NCBI GenBank assembly: GCA_951406725.2
Contig: OX597821.1
Location: 13,702,001-13,766,000 of the forward strand
DNA: 64,000 bases
Source: Octopus vulgaris
Lineage: Eukaryota
Reading direction: 5' to 3'
Part shown: one piece after another, positions 13,040 to 26,050 of the stretch
Position numbering within the stretch: the first letter of the stretch is position 1
How the letters are laid out: the number at the start of each line of letters is the position of its first letter
Notes under the pieces: model-generated
Database searches by the model: none
What the model saw: only the letters and a program-made list of their open reading frames with translations
Told to the model about the DNA's origin: nothing
Made by a program: the position numbers and the translations under genes

Positions 13040-14006
13040 ATTTGAAATATTGGTTTATTTGATCCGGAATTACCCTGGACTAAACAATAACAACAAGAAT
13101 ACCGGCAATGTCTCAGAGATGAAACTTCAACGTACCCAACTGATCTACTAGAAATAGCAATCTTCTTCAAATCATACCTTTTATCATTTAAGGTAAGGAA
13201 TTGTGTACTGCGAGAGCCATTGTACTACGTCGCCGAGTGCAGGAGTCGATGTTTCATGAAGCAGTGAAGCAACTCTGTATGTGGTTAGAACCCACCAGAG
13301 CTGTTCAGGACCACCCACCGATGTAGACGGCAAAAGCCCCACACTTTGAATAATGTAGTCCTAGATACTCAATGTGGAAAAGTAATTTAAGATACGATGG
13401 TTACTACTAGAACGCCTCTATCAAGATCGATCTGTTATTTTAAGGACAACAACCACGGCAAGACTATTTGCTGGAGGCAAAGAATTGAGGCTCAGCGGAA
13501 TCGATTGACTTATAAACAGCAGCCGAAATCTCCTTCTGTCTATACTCCTTAAAACAACAGCAGCAACGGCTACAACGTCGCCATTATCTCGTTATTTGAC
13601 AGTGTAACTCAATACGAACAAAATAGGGGACTGTAATATCAAAGCCACCTGGTTTATAGAGAAACCCTTTAAATACAGGCAAAGGGGAAGGGAGAAGGGA
13701 CAGAAGCAATGATGTTTAAAATTAAGGGGTGAGGGAATCAGTCTTACATACATAGGAGAAAAGGGAAAAGAAGAGTCTGCTAGACCCACATTCTTTATAT
13801 TACATCTCCACTTATCTGTGACACCCACGCGTTATGATCAAGGGTAAGTATAAGACCTCCTAAACCTTGTTGATAGCTTAGGTAGGGAGGAGAATAGGTA
13901 ACTAGGTTAGGGTCAAGTTGAGTATAAATATATGTATGTGTGTACATATACATATAAGTGTGCGTATGCATGCATGTATGTATGTATTATGTATTTGAAT
14001 CTGTTT

Positions 14007-14052
<46 letters not shown>

Positions 14053-14061
14053 CATACATGA

Positions 14062-14077
14062 AGTAGTAGTAGTAGTT

Positions 14078-14147
<70 letters not shown>

Positions 14148-14160
14148 CAGCAGCAGCAGC
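14062..14160. repeat. (GTA)n/(GCA)n microsatellite
   Basis: Direct observation; another (GTA)n tract at 42267-42337. Confidence 0.95.
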
Positions 14161-14454
14161 AGGAGTGTTTCTTTAGCGTCTGCGTCTACTCCTGATATCT
14201 TTAGTAGGATTAACGAGTTATAACGATTATGGCTGCTGTGGTAATTAGTGATGATGACGACGACAACGATGATGATGATGATGATGATGATGATGAGGAT
14301 ATTGGTGGTGGTGGTGGTGGAGAGGACTATAAAGTGAATTGTGTCACTGTTGTTTTTAACAGTGGTGATGGTGATGGGGAGAACAGCCGTTGAGTGATAT
14401 AGCGATGTGAGGTAGATATGGATGGATATCTAACATACATATATGTATACATAC

Positions 14455-14502
<48 letters not shown>

Positions 14503-14970
14503 ATATGCCTGTGAGTTACGTTGGCGGCGCAAAGCAAGGAATGCAGTCTGAGAAAGCAGTGGCGTGAAACAGAATCGTTGATGCGGAAGAAAATTTGTCT
14601 ACTTGTTACTTTTTTCACACAAACAGCAACAACATCAACACTAGCAACATCATAATACGTTTACATACGTATTTACACACATATACATACAACTCTGACA
14701 GCCATCTTGGTTCCCAATTTCCAAGAAAGTGGAGAAGTGGGTAAAATGTAAAGAAAAAAAATTTAGATCTTCGATTCTTCTATTAGAGACACCAAAGTTT
14801 TTTTCTTTTTTTTTTTTTTCTGACAAATAATCTCACAAGATTAACTACCGCCTAAATATCATAAAAACTCAACAAACCGACAGAAAATAATTTCGGCACC
14901 ACAGGGTTCTGAAGCTAGACCTTCACATCACATACACACGCACGCACACACACAGATCCATATGTATTTA

Positions 14971-15007
<37 letters not shown>

Positions 15008-15008
<1 letters not shown>

Positions 15009-15119
15009 CAGGCGAAATTGCGAAGATGATCTGGTTCTTGACTGATGACTGAGAGCTGTGTGTTTTTCTGTCGTCCTCAAAATGTTTCACGTTCTTGTCC
15101 CAGTTTGTGTTTTTTTAAC

Positions 15120-15124
<5 letters not shown>
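15008..15124 (+). mobile_element. (TA)n-embedded element family P2 (hammerhead core partly deleted)
   Basis: Homologous to the reverse complement of 58473-58597; retains CTGATGA at 15041 but lacks helix II and GAAA. Confidence 0.6.
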
Positions 15125-15207
<83 letters not shown>

Positions 15208-15254
15208 GTATATATATGTATGCAAACGCACACGCGAGTGCACGCACATATACT

Positions 15255-15286
<32 letters not shown>

Positions 15287-15458
15287 GGCGCAGACGTGGC
15301 TGTGTTAAGAAGTTTACTTTCCAACCCCATGATCCTGGATTCAGTCCAAACTGCGTGGCACCGTCGGTATGTGTCTTCAACTGTAAGCTCGGATCGACCA
15401 AAGCCTTGTGAGTGAATTTGGTAGAAGGAAACTGAAAGAGGCCCAGCCACTACACACA

Positions 15459-15610
15459 TTTTTTTCTCTCCTTGTCTTTTCTGTGTCCCTTTCTGTAGAA
15501 GAGCGTAGGCTCGAAACGTAAAAGACTTTTTCTATTCTTGAGCGTTATACTAATACATCTGTTTGTTTTGTACACCACCTGTCTTCGTCTTTTGTTTTTT
15601 CGTAAACTCT

Positions 15611-15613
<3 letters not shown>
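15459..15613 (+). mobile_element. Family P1-related element with hammerhead-like motif at 15489-15524
   Basis: cttt-CTGTAGA-a-GAGC gtag GCTC-GAAA-cg-TA-aaag, followed by (TA)n. Confidence 0.6.
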
Positions 15614-15695
<82 letters not shown>

Positions 15696-15698
15696 TAT

Positions 15699-15756
<58 letters not shown>

Positions 15757-15758
<2 letters not shown>

Positions 15759-16023
15759 ATAAAATATTAGGGAATAAATCCAAACTTACAGGGAAAAATC
15801 AGATTTAGGATTGAATCCAATTTTATAGTAAAATATTATATTATATTAAATTAGAGATAAAACCACTATTAGGCAAATCATACAATGAAAAACTTAAGCC
15901 AATACATAAGATTAATTCATTTATATTATTTTAAATATATATCAAAATTATGTCGAATTCTTAAAATTTCGAGTTACAGTCATTCTTCAGGTGATTTAAA
16001 TATTTAACTTAGCTAGGTTTAAT
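15757..16023 (-). mobile_element. (TA)n-embedded AT-rich island with degenerate hammerhead core
   Basis: Minus strand cac-CTGAAGA-atgactgtaactc-GAAA-tttt (15963-15993); helices poorly paired. Confidence 0.4.
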
Positions 16024-16267
16024 CATATATATATATATATATATGTATGTGTTTGTGTGTCTCTGTTTGTCCCCCACCATCCCTTGACATCCAATGGTGG
16101 CGTATCTACGTTCCTGCAACTTAGCGGTTCGGCAAAAGAACCCGATTAAATAAGTACAAGGCTTACAAAGAATAAGTCCTAGGGCAGATTTGCTCGACTG
16201 AAGGTCATGCTCCAGCATGGCCGCAGTTAAATGATTGGAACAGATAATAAAATAAAAGAATATATAC

Positions 16268-16670
16268 AGGAGTGGCTGTGTGGTAAGTAGCTTGCTAACC
16301 AACCACATGGTTCCGGGTTCAGTCCCACTGCGTGACATCTTGGGCAAGTGTCTTCTGCTATAGCCCCAGACCGACCAAAGCCTTGTGAGTGGATTTGGTA
16401 GACGGAAACTGAAAGAAGCCTGTCGTATATATGTATATATATATATATATGTATGTGTGTGTATATGTTTGTGTGTCTGTGTTTGGCCCCCTAGCATTGC
16501 TTGACAACCGATGCTGGTGTGTCCCCGTCACTTAACGGTTCGGCAAAAGAGACCGATAGAATAAGTACTGGGCTTACAAAGAATAAGTCCCGGGGTCGAT
16601 TTGCTCGACTAAAGACGGTGCTCCAACATGGCCGCAGTCAAATGACTGAAACAAGTAAAAAAAAAAGAAT
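16268..16670 (+). mobile_element. SINE A, full length
   Basis: aggagtggctgtgtggtaag...gactgaaacaagtaaaaaaaaaagaat. Confidence 0.9.
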
Positions 16671-17652
16671 ATATGTTTCAAAATATATACGCACACAAGG
16701 GCATCAATCGATATGTGCAAGTTTGCCCACTAAACTTTGTAGCATGTAAACTATATTTATGCAGTAATTCACTTCATTGCCACTCACGCATTTACAGATA
16801 CACGTATGGACGTATTACATGTATTCATAAATGCATTTTTACATTTATATATATTTACATATCCACACATGCATACATACACACACTTCCCATTCAACCC
16901 AAAATACATACGTGCATGCACACATACATATACGTATTATAGATACACATTATTTTTCAGTTGATTTCTGTCCCAAACTGGAATTAAAAGTTTTATTTTG
17001 TTGACTATTTTTCTATCAGGTCAATCCACACTCCACAGTTCTTCCCTTAAAAAGAAGAAAAAGAGAAGAAAAAAAATTAATATCGTGCTGCGATCTTGAT
17101 TGCAGCCGGTAGCAATAATCGTTTTAATTTCTCTACAGTTGACCAAGAGCTGTAAAATTTCCCAACAGAAGCAGCGGTCAAAAGATTTAACATGCCTGTA
17201 CGTTCCAAACCTACACGATTGCCAGCATTTGAGGTTGTTATTCAGAACTAAGCGATTTTGATAGCAGCGAACCATAGATATAACGGCAAACGCGCTGTGT
17301 TTAATTATCAAGTTTTCGTAGATCGCATAATTTATTTATAGAAACCCTAAGGCTCTCGTTTCGTTTTCCACTGCAGGTTTAGCATGCTCTCCCCTCGGCA
17401 AAACGGTGTTAGATTTTGCCAGAGAATAGGGACTGAAATAGAGGTATTTAAGGGGTATGTAGGAATCACTTTGAACTTCGTGGTTATTACTGAACCATCC
17501 ACTTTATGTATCTTAATATTTGCGTTTTATAAATGATCAATCTTTTATTCCTTTTCTCTCTATCTTTTGCCTACTCACTTATTCTGTTCACACACATACA
17601 CACACACACACACACATATACATATACATATATGTTTACATATGTGTGAGTG

Positions 17653-17682
<30 letters not shown>

Positions 17683-17683
<1 letters not shown>

Positions 17684-17895
17684 TAATAAAAGGAATTCCA
17701 ACCTTGTCTGATTTTCACGTTTTATTTACAATCTTATAATGATATATTATAAGATAATATAATAGAATAGAATAAAATAGAATAAAATAGTAGAATGTTA
17801 AATGTTTATTCTGATTGAACTAGTACTTTCATGCATTGAATTCTGCAATCTTCAGGTACATGTATTAGTGGTGACAGTCATGCTTCACAATTTTT

Positions 17896-17898
<3 letters not shown>
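17683..17898 (-). mobile_element. (TA)n-embedded element carrying a hammerhead ribozyme
   Basis: Flanked by TA tracts on both sides; its 17683-17745 end is homologous to the reverse complement of 45295-45352. Confidence 0.65.
17816..17860 (-). ncRNA. Type I hammerhead ribozyme (minimal, palindromic helix III)
   Basis: Minus strand: tgtac-CTGAAGA-t TGCA gaattcaa TGCA t-GAAA-gtac-TA-gttca; helix I 4/5 bp; predicted cleavage after CUA. Confidence 0.7.
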
Positions 17899-17935
<37 letters not shown>

Positions 17936-17981
17936 CGTGTGTGTGTGTGTGTGTATACATATATACATACATACATACATA

Positions 17982-18734
<753 letters not shown>

Positions 18735-18894
18735 GATATATGTATGTTGTACATACATACATATACAGTTGCTGATACACATATAGAGAGACACATAAAT
18801 GTACGCACGGGTTCCTTTGTCTGTGTGTCTATGTCTCTACCACATGATAGCAATAAAGCCAATGAGAGAGGAATTTCTGCACAGGCATTTGATA

Positions 18895-19075
18895 TCGCTA
18901 GAAATAACAGCCAAACACCGCTCAAATCACAACCTATGTGACGTCATTCAATAATACAGTCTCCGGTACAAAAGAAGGCGTCATAATCACAGAAATAATA
19001 TCTTTCACCACAGTTTTTCTCGTTCAAAGCTGACCTTGTTGGGTGGCAAAAACTATGCAACAACAACAACAACAA
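18895..19075 (+). repeat. Old interspersed repeat family D (unclassified)
   Basis: ctagaaata(a/g)cagccaaa...tcaaatcac...gctgacc...aacaac motif series; diverged relatives near 13145-13450, 31010-31200 and 61318-61435 (minus). Confidence 0.45.
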
Positions 19076-19595
19076 CGTCAACAAATGAGAACAATGTAGT
19101 TTGAATGATTCGGTCTCTAGTTAACAAGATTGTGAACTGTTGTTTTTTTTTTTTTTTTTTTTTTCAGTTGCATCTCTGGTTACTGAAATTTCAATAATAA
19201 CAAGTATCAATTAAAAAAAAATAATAGTAACTTTATTATTCCAAAAAAAAATAAGCTTGATACTTCCTTCCATCTCCACCATCGCTACATCCAATTGTTT
19301 CTAACAACAACAACAAAAACAATAACAATGAGCAACAACAATAACAACAGCCTGAGTTTGTTCCATCTCAACCACTTCAATTTTTCTCACATGACGGAAT
19401 AATAATTCGGCTGTTGGCAACCAAACAACTCATTATTTTATCAATTCGACACCCGAGCGGCGCCATATTGTTTATCTTCTCCCATTTTTTTCTTCTCCTG
19501 CCTCTGTAAATGAGGGGTTACTATTGCTGTTGCCTGTTATTCTTGTTGCTGTTGGAGTCATTTAGCCCCGTTTCAACCCTGACTGATTACATGTA

Positions 19596-19810
19596 TTCTT
19601 TCCTACTCTAGGCACAAGACCCGAAATTTGGTGGGGAGGGAGCCAGTCGATTAGATCGACTCCAGTATGCAACTGGTACTTAATTCATCAACCCGAAAGG
19701 ATGAAAGGCAAAGTCGACCACGGCGGAATTTGAACTCAGAACGTAACGGCAGACGAAATACCGCTAAGCATTTCGCCCGGCGTGCTAACATTTCTGCCAG
19801 CTCACCGTCT
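19596..19810 (-). mobile_element. SINE B, tail type 2
   Basis: B body plus tail ttcctactctaggcacaagacccgaaatttggtgggg. Confidence 0.88.
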
Positions 19811-20116
19811 TGATTGAGTGCACATATTATCATAGGCGTTCCGACCATGACTTTTTCGTCATTTCTTTTTATTTTTATTTTTCTAGACGACTAAGACTGC
19901 GCTATTCAATGTGTTCCTTCATTTTTAAGATAATGTGTGTGTGCTGTCAGACGGATATTAGCTGTTATTTCAAATATCCACAGATTGGCTGTTATTTCAA
20001 GTAACCACATCGTAGCCTCTTTGTTGACTCATATAGAAGGAAGGAGTACTTTGGTGCTGAGTGATCGAAATCGCATCTATCATACAGATCGATTCTCCAA
20101 ACACCTACTTATTACC

Positions 20117-20487
20117 GTGGAGGCGCAATGGCCCAGTGGTTAGGGCAGCGGACTCGCGGTTTCGATTCCCAGACCGGGCGTTGTGAGTGTTTATTGAGCG
20201 AAAACACCTAAAGCTCCACGACGCTCCGGCAGGGGATGGTGGTGATCCATGCTGTACTCTTTCACCACAACTTTCTCTCCCTCTTACTTCCTGTTTCTGT
20301 TGTACCTGTATTTCAAAGGGCCGGCCTTGTCACTCTCTGTGTCACGCTGAATATCCCCGAGAACTACGTTACGAGTACACGTGTCTGTGGAGTGCTCAGC
20401 CACTTACACGTTAATTTCACAAGTAGGCTGTTCCGTTGATTCGGATCAACCGGAACCCTCATCGTCGTAACCGACGGAGTGCTTCCA
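20117..20487 (+). mobile_element. SINE family C, full length, 10-bp TSD
   Basis: tRNA-like head tggcccagtggttaggg...gtttcgattccc; TSD acttattacc at 20107-20116 and 20488-20497. Confidence 0.92.
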
Positions 20488-20702
20488 ACTTATTACCACA
20501 CGAGCTCTATACAGCGTAGTGAAGAGAATACAGTTTTGTCTTTCCTGCTATTTTCACATTGAACTGGTTTTCGCCGGTTTATTGTTATATCAGGTGATGA
20601 ATTGGTAAGGTGGTTTGAGCTGCGGATAAAATGTATTGTTGCGTGTTTGATCCAGATTTCTCTTCTCTGAGTTCAAATTCCGCTGAGATCCACATCACCT
20701 TT

Positions 20703-21088
20703 GTGGTGGAAGCACTCCGTCGGTTACGACGACGAGAATTCCGGTTGATCCGAATCAACGGAACAGCCTGCTCGTGAAATTAACGTGTAAATGGCTGAGC
20801 ACTCCACAGACACGTGTACCCTTAACGTAGTTCTCGGGGATATTCAGCGTGACACAGAGAGTGACAAGGCCGGCCCTTTGAAATACAGGTACAACAGAAA
20901 CAGGAAGTAAGAGTGAGAGAAAGTTGTGGTAAAAGAGTACAGCAGGGATCACCACCATCCCCTGCCGGAGCGTCGTGGAGTTTTAGGTGTTTTCGCTCAA
21001 TAAACACTCACAACGCCCGGTCTGGGAATCGAAACCGCGATCCTATGACCGCGAGTCCGCTGCCCTAACCACTGGGCCATTGCGCCTC
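20703..21088 (-). mobile_element. SINE C, full length, inserted in a SINE B relic
   Basis: Reverse complement of the 20117 copy; TSD ccacat(c/t)accttt at 20690-20702 and 21089-21101; flanks resemble B (ctgagttcaaattccgc). Confidence 0.92.
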
Positions 21089-21598
21089 CCACATTACCTT
21101 TATTTCTCCAGAGGCCAATAAATAAATTATCAACTACCGAATTATATTTCTCTTTCTTCTGTGTCTCTCTCGCTCTCTGCCACTCAATCTCTTTCCTTCT
21201 CTCTCTTTTTCTCTCTTTCTATTTCTCTTTCTCGTTCTTTTACAATTAGTTACGCCGCTCTGTTAGAAGGCCGTGGGAGACCACTCACAATATCTGCGAT
21301 GCCATAAAATGGTATGGAACCCTACTGATGTAATTGAATTTGCAGAAAACTCGGAAGAACCACCCACACTCCAACAGTTGGCGGTTGAAAATAATAATTT
21401 TTACAAATCGCAAATAGAAAGAGACAAAATGATACATATCATTGAATCCAGCACTATACTTCAATCACTGTTCGCGTCCACCAAACAGAAATATGTGTGC
21501 GTCATGTGATCTCCTTCTTTCCGTTATAATTCATACAGCTGAAATGTCAAAGTCTAACTAAAGGCAACAGAGACATAATAACATTACATGCAGTGAGT

Positions 21599-21864
21599 CG
21601 TGGAGGCGCAATGGCCCAGTGGTTAGGGCAGCGGACTCGCGGTCATAGGATCGCGGTTTCGATTCCCAGACCGGGCGTTGTGAATGTTTATTGAGCGAAA
21701 ACACCTAAAGCTCCACGACGCTCCGGCAGTGGGTGGTGGCGATCCCTACTGTACTCTTTCACCACAACTTTCTCTCACTCTTACTTCCTGTTTCTGTTGT
21801 ACCTGTTCCGTTGATTCGGATCAACCGGAACCCTCATCGTCGTAACCGACGGAGTGCTTCCACC
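21599..21864 (+). mobile_element. SINE C with ~120-bp internal deletion, 13-bp TSD
   Basis: TSD acatgcagtgagt at 21586-21598 and 21865-21877; deletion junction at ctgt microhomology. Confidence 0.92.
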
Positions 21865-22162
21865 ACATGCAGTGAGTGGAGGGGTAACGAAGTATGGACT
21901 GACAATTTGTAAACCTAGAAGATCGGACGATTTCTTCAATATGTCTTGATTCAGATTAGGATAAAATATAAATTTAAACCTTTATTCAGTTTAGTCTTCT
22001 TTGCACCCTATTGCTAGGATCCCTTTTGGAGAGGTGTTTGAGATCAGTGAGGGCCGGCAAATACAAAAATGAACATTAATGGCGATGGCTTGCTGTTTAG
22101 AAGAGTGGTGATTCTTCTTGGGAATAAAATTCATTAACTAGATGCGATACCTATATTCTAAA

Positions 22163-22555
22163 CTAGCAGTATCGCCCGGCGTTGCTCGGGTTTGTAAGGG
22201 AAATAACTATATAAGCATTTATAGAGTTATAGCCAAATAATAGCAAAAAAATGCATTAAAAATGGAAAACAAATGATGGTAAATTTTTTTTTAAATCGTT
22301 GACTCATCGTAGACATTTTTAGAGAGTTACTTCCCTTATATAATAGCGAAAAAATGCATTAAAATGGAAAAATGATGGTATTTTTTTTTTAAATCGTAGA
22401 CTCATCGTAGACGCGCGCTAATACCCAGAAGGGCTCGATATGAATCACGACTATAAGATACCCGGTTTTGGTTAAACTGCACCGCAAAATGTGGGAGTAG
22501 TTAGGAATCTAAATCGTAGGAGACAGACAAACAATTTGACTTTTATATATAAAGA
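22163..22555 (-). mobile_element. Non-autonomous Helitron (393 bp)
   Basis: Minus strand starts TCtttatatataaaag and ends with hairpin cccgagc-aac-gccggg followed by cgatactgCTAG; inserted between A and T with no TSD; internal ~98-bp tandem duplication. Confidence 0.85.
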
Positions 22556-23263
22556 TATATTTTCAAACGAAATCAATTATTGCCGTGAATAAAACATGAA
22601 TAGGACATTATCATCGGTGACTGATGATGCGCTAAGGCCCAAATTATTTTCAGTTCATAAGTTCTCGTCTTCTTCAGCAATTTCTATTTTTAAAAATGTA
22701 ACTTACGTGACATTTGTTCACGCAAAAGAGAGATATATGCTGGATGAGGTGTCATGAGAAAATATGGAAAAATAGGAAAAAATAAAACCACTTGGCAAAA
22801 CTGCTTAATGAAAATAATCAAATAAACTGCGCGATGTTTAGATGAGACCACTTGGTGAAAGAAGAAGCTGGGGCTATCAAATGCATCGAGCAATCGAGAT
22901 AAAATGTTGGTCCTTTGCATTCTCTTCGCTTTTACCTTCGCAACCGAACGCAGTAGGTTAGTTAATTGATTATGATTAACCCACCATTAGACAAATCGCC
23001 ATTTATCGTTATCGAGCGACGGTCAGTAATCTCTCATTTTTGTAAGCATCTCATTGATACATGCATCCATTTTACATCTTTGAGGTACTGGAAGAAAACT
23101 TCTATTTCATGTCCAGTTCATTCGTCGCAATGATAATATTCCAGTTACAGAAAGATGTTTACTCTTTTCCAATCTATGATTTCGTTTTTCTAAATGTAAA
23201 AATTACAAACAAGAATTCCAATCACGGTGAAGTGAAAAGGAATCGATTCGATTCAAATTCCTA

Positions 23264-23489
23264 TCATCAGCATCATTGTTCGACCGTGGTCGAGACAATG
23301 GAATTTACCATGCTACGCCAGACTTCCCGGTCCATCATGGCATTACGGAGGTCCTGTTGCTGGATGCCTGTATCTCTGGAGATTACATCAGGGTAGGAGA
23401 GTGTGCGCCCTCTGGTATTGCGAGTAGATGGCTTCCAGAGGAGAAGAGTAGAAATTACCCCCTTTTCAGCTCTACAACAATGTCTACAA
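23264..23489 (-). mobile_element. 5'-truncated RTE/RTEX-type LINE (C-terminal 69 codons of the RT ORF plus (TGA)n tail)
   Basis: 23482->23273 translates HCCRAEKGVISTLLLWKPSTRNTRGRTLSYPDVISRDTGIQQQDLRNAMMDREVWRSMVNSIVSTTVEQ*, matching the GH..R...LLW.P...GR...DR..WR C-terminus of RTE-like LINEs; TSD caaattccta at 23254-23263 and 23490-23499. Confidence 0.85.
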
Positions 23490-23558
23490 CAAATTCCTAA
23501 CCGGTAGATACCAAATTAGACACAATGAAAAACATACATACATACATACATACATACA

Positions 23559-23594
<36 letters not shown>

Positions 23595-23672
23595 TATACA
23601 CACACACACTGCGACCACAGTGTCATTTGTTGGCAGCTGCACAGATCCGATATATTTAAACAAAAATGTGTG

Positions 23673-23924
23673 CAGAAAGGTTTTGCCAACAGTGAAAAAA
23701 ACAACTGATCTGAACGAATATATATTTATTTATTAAGAGAAGGTTGATTTGCCTAATAATGTGGGACGCAGTGTGTATATATGTGTGTATGTATGTATAT
23801 ATATATATATATATATACATACACACTGCGTCCCACATTATTAGGCAAATCAACCTTCTCTTAATAAATAAATATATATTCGTTCAGATCAGTTGTTTTT
23901 TTCACTGTTGGCAAAACCTTTCTG
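23673..23924. repeat. Perfect inverted repeat: 106-bp arms, 40-bp TA/TG spacer
   Basis: 23673-23778 is the exact reverse complement of 23819-23924. Confidence 0.95.
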
Positions 23925-23940
23925 TTTTGTATATATATAT

Positions 23941-24104
23941 ACGACAGGACAGGCTTCTTTCAGTTTCCGTCTACAAAATGTATTCCCAAAGCTTTGGTCG
24001 GCCCAAGAATATAGTAAAATACATTTGCTCGGTGTGCCACTCAGTGAGACTGAACCCGGAACCATGTGGTTAGGAAGCAAGTTTCTTACCACACAGCCAC
24101 GCCT
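23941..24104 (-). mobile_element. SINE A 5' half
   Basis: ggcttctttcagtttccgtctac...cacacagccacgcct. Confidence 0.8.
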
Positions 24105-24427
24105 TACCTTACTGCCCCGCCCCATCTGCTACTCAACACACGAATTCAGCTGAGTCAACACTAAGGTTCTACATTTTTAGTGAAGACAGTAATTAATATT
24201 TCACTTGAAACAGTCATGAATTACCCATGGGCATAGTCACAACTGGTAAATTGAAATTACTCCAAGGTAAATTGAAACCTCGGCTTGGATTCCTCTCACC
24301 TGGAGTTTATATTGTGTTTTATGGCCAACCCCATGAAAAATAATTAATTCTTGTAGGTGTAAGTATGCATAAGTACATAGCTTGTATGCATGTATGCATG
24401 TATGTATGTTTGTATGAATGAATGAAT

Positions 24428-24507
<80 letters not shown>

Positions 24508-24520
24508 GACAGATAGATAA

Positions 24521-24583
<63 letters not shown>

Positions 24584-24612
24584 CACACACACATACACAC
24601 ACAGATAGATAA

Positions 24613-24669
<57 letters not shown>

Positions 24670-25080
24670 CAGACAGATAGACACATACATTTACAACAGT
24701 ATTTACATATATACCTACTACATACACATAAACACACACATATATATATATACATCTACATGCATCTAGATCTAATATACGTATGTGTGTGTGCGTGTGT
24801 ATTAGATGATATATAATACACACATACACATGCATACATACATAGATACACACATACATACATACATACATACATACATACATACATACATACACATATA
24901 TACGTAAACACGTGTGTATGTGTGAGTGTGCGTGTGTAATACTAGCGGAATCTCCTTGCTAAACGTCTTGAAGAAGAACAAAACAAATAAAAAAGAAGGA
25001 AGAAATTGAGAAAAGTATTTTACTGCTGACTGTGAAATTTCAAGAATGTCTTGTAAGAAGAGAGAGGGAATATGGACCTG

Positions 25081-25140
<60 letters not shown>

Positions 25141-25244
25141 GAAACTGCGATTAGTTTCCAAACTTTACAATGAACTCAAAGAATTCGATTACATTTGTAA
25201 TTCCAGGAACTTGGTGAAATACAAACTGAGCAGATCTTTTGAAA

Positions 25245-25317
<73 letters not shown>

Positions 25318-25684
25318 GCTACTTCGTTTTCTTAGCTACGATATGTACTGAAATATACAGAATGTCTAAGTAACTGAAAAACGTTTGCAACAATTCTTGG
25401 AAATCTTTTTTTTCTTTTTTTTATTTTAAAGCAGATTTAGCAATTTGGAAGCCAGAACCGTTTTATCAGCGGAAATAATTATAAAAAATACATGAAACAA
25501 AACGAGTAGGCTCGTTGAAAACATGTCATGCTCCATAGTCACTATAATTTAGATCTGTTCTCTCAGTACTGCCTCTTAGGCAAAATACCAATATGTTTAA
25601 AAAAAAAATTAACTACATTTTACTATCTTTTGTGCGCTCGCGTACATGTGTGTGTGTGTGTGTATCTGTGAGAGAGAAAGAGAG

Positions 25685-25730
<46 letters not shown>

Positions 25731-25931
25731 TGTGTGTGTGTGTGTGTGAACGTTTGAGTGAATGTGTGTGTATGTAGAGAATGTACGAATTACCAAATTC
25801 CATATGAACTTGGTTTGTGTGACTCTGAATGTGTACATACATACATACATATACATATATACATACATACGTATGCATGTATACACAGACATATACACAA
25901 ACATGTATATATGTATACATATATATGTATA

Positions 25932-26050
25932 TGGCCTGCTTGCTTAGCCAGCGGGGTGGCGTCATTCGAAGGCTAAAACAATGCGAACGCATTGTGACCA
26001 GCGATGTGTAACAACATATGATGGTCTGGTCGGTCACGTGATCACGTGAT
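25932..26050 (+). mobile_element. Isolated alternative 3' tail of SINE C (tail 2)
   Basis: Reverse complement of 58778-58898 (cctgct.gcttagccagcggggtggcgtcatt...gtcac.gtgatcac.gtgatata). Confidence 0.75.

Larger units (their letters stand above)
15287..16261 (+). mobile_element. SINE A halves (15287-15445 and ~16045-16261) separated by TA tracts and two inserted islands
   Basis: The 5' and 3' halves of A bracket islands at 15459-15613 and 15757-16023. Confidence 0.7.

Noticed and set aside
17128-17460. Strong-looking splice acceptors (tttctctacag, ttttccactgcag)
   Set aside because: No convincing donor or recognisable peptide; cannot be supported without RNA data.
20117-20180. tRNA gene
   Set aside because: tRNA-like A/B boxes belong to a multi-copy SINE head with TSD; no complete cloverleaf.
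22615-22660. CTGATGA hammerhead-like start
   Set aside because: Second box reads CAAA rather than GAAA and pairing is poor.
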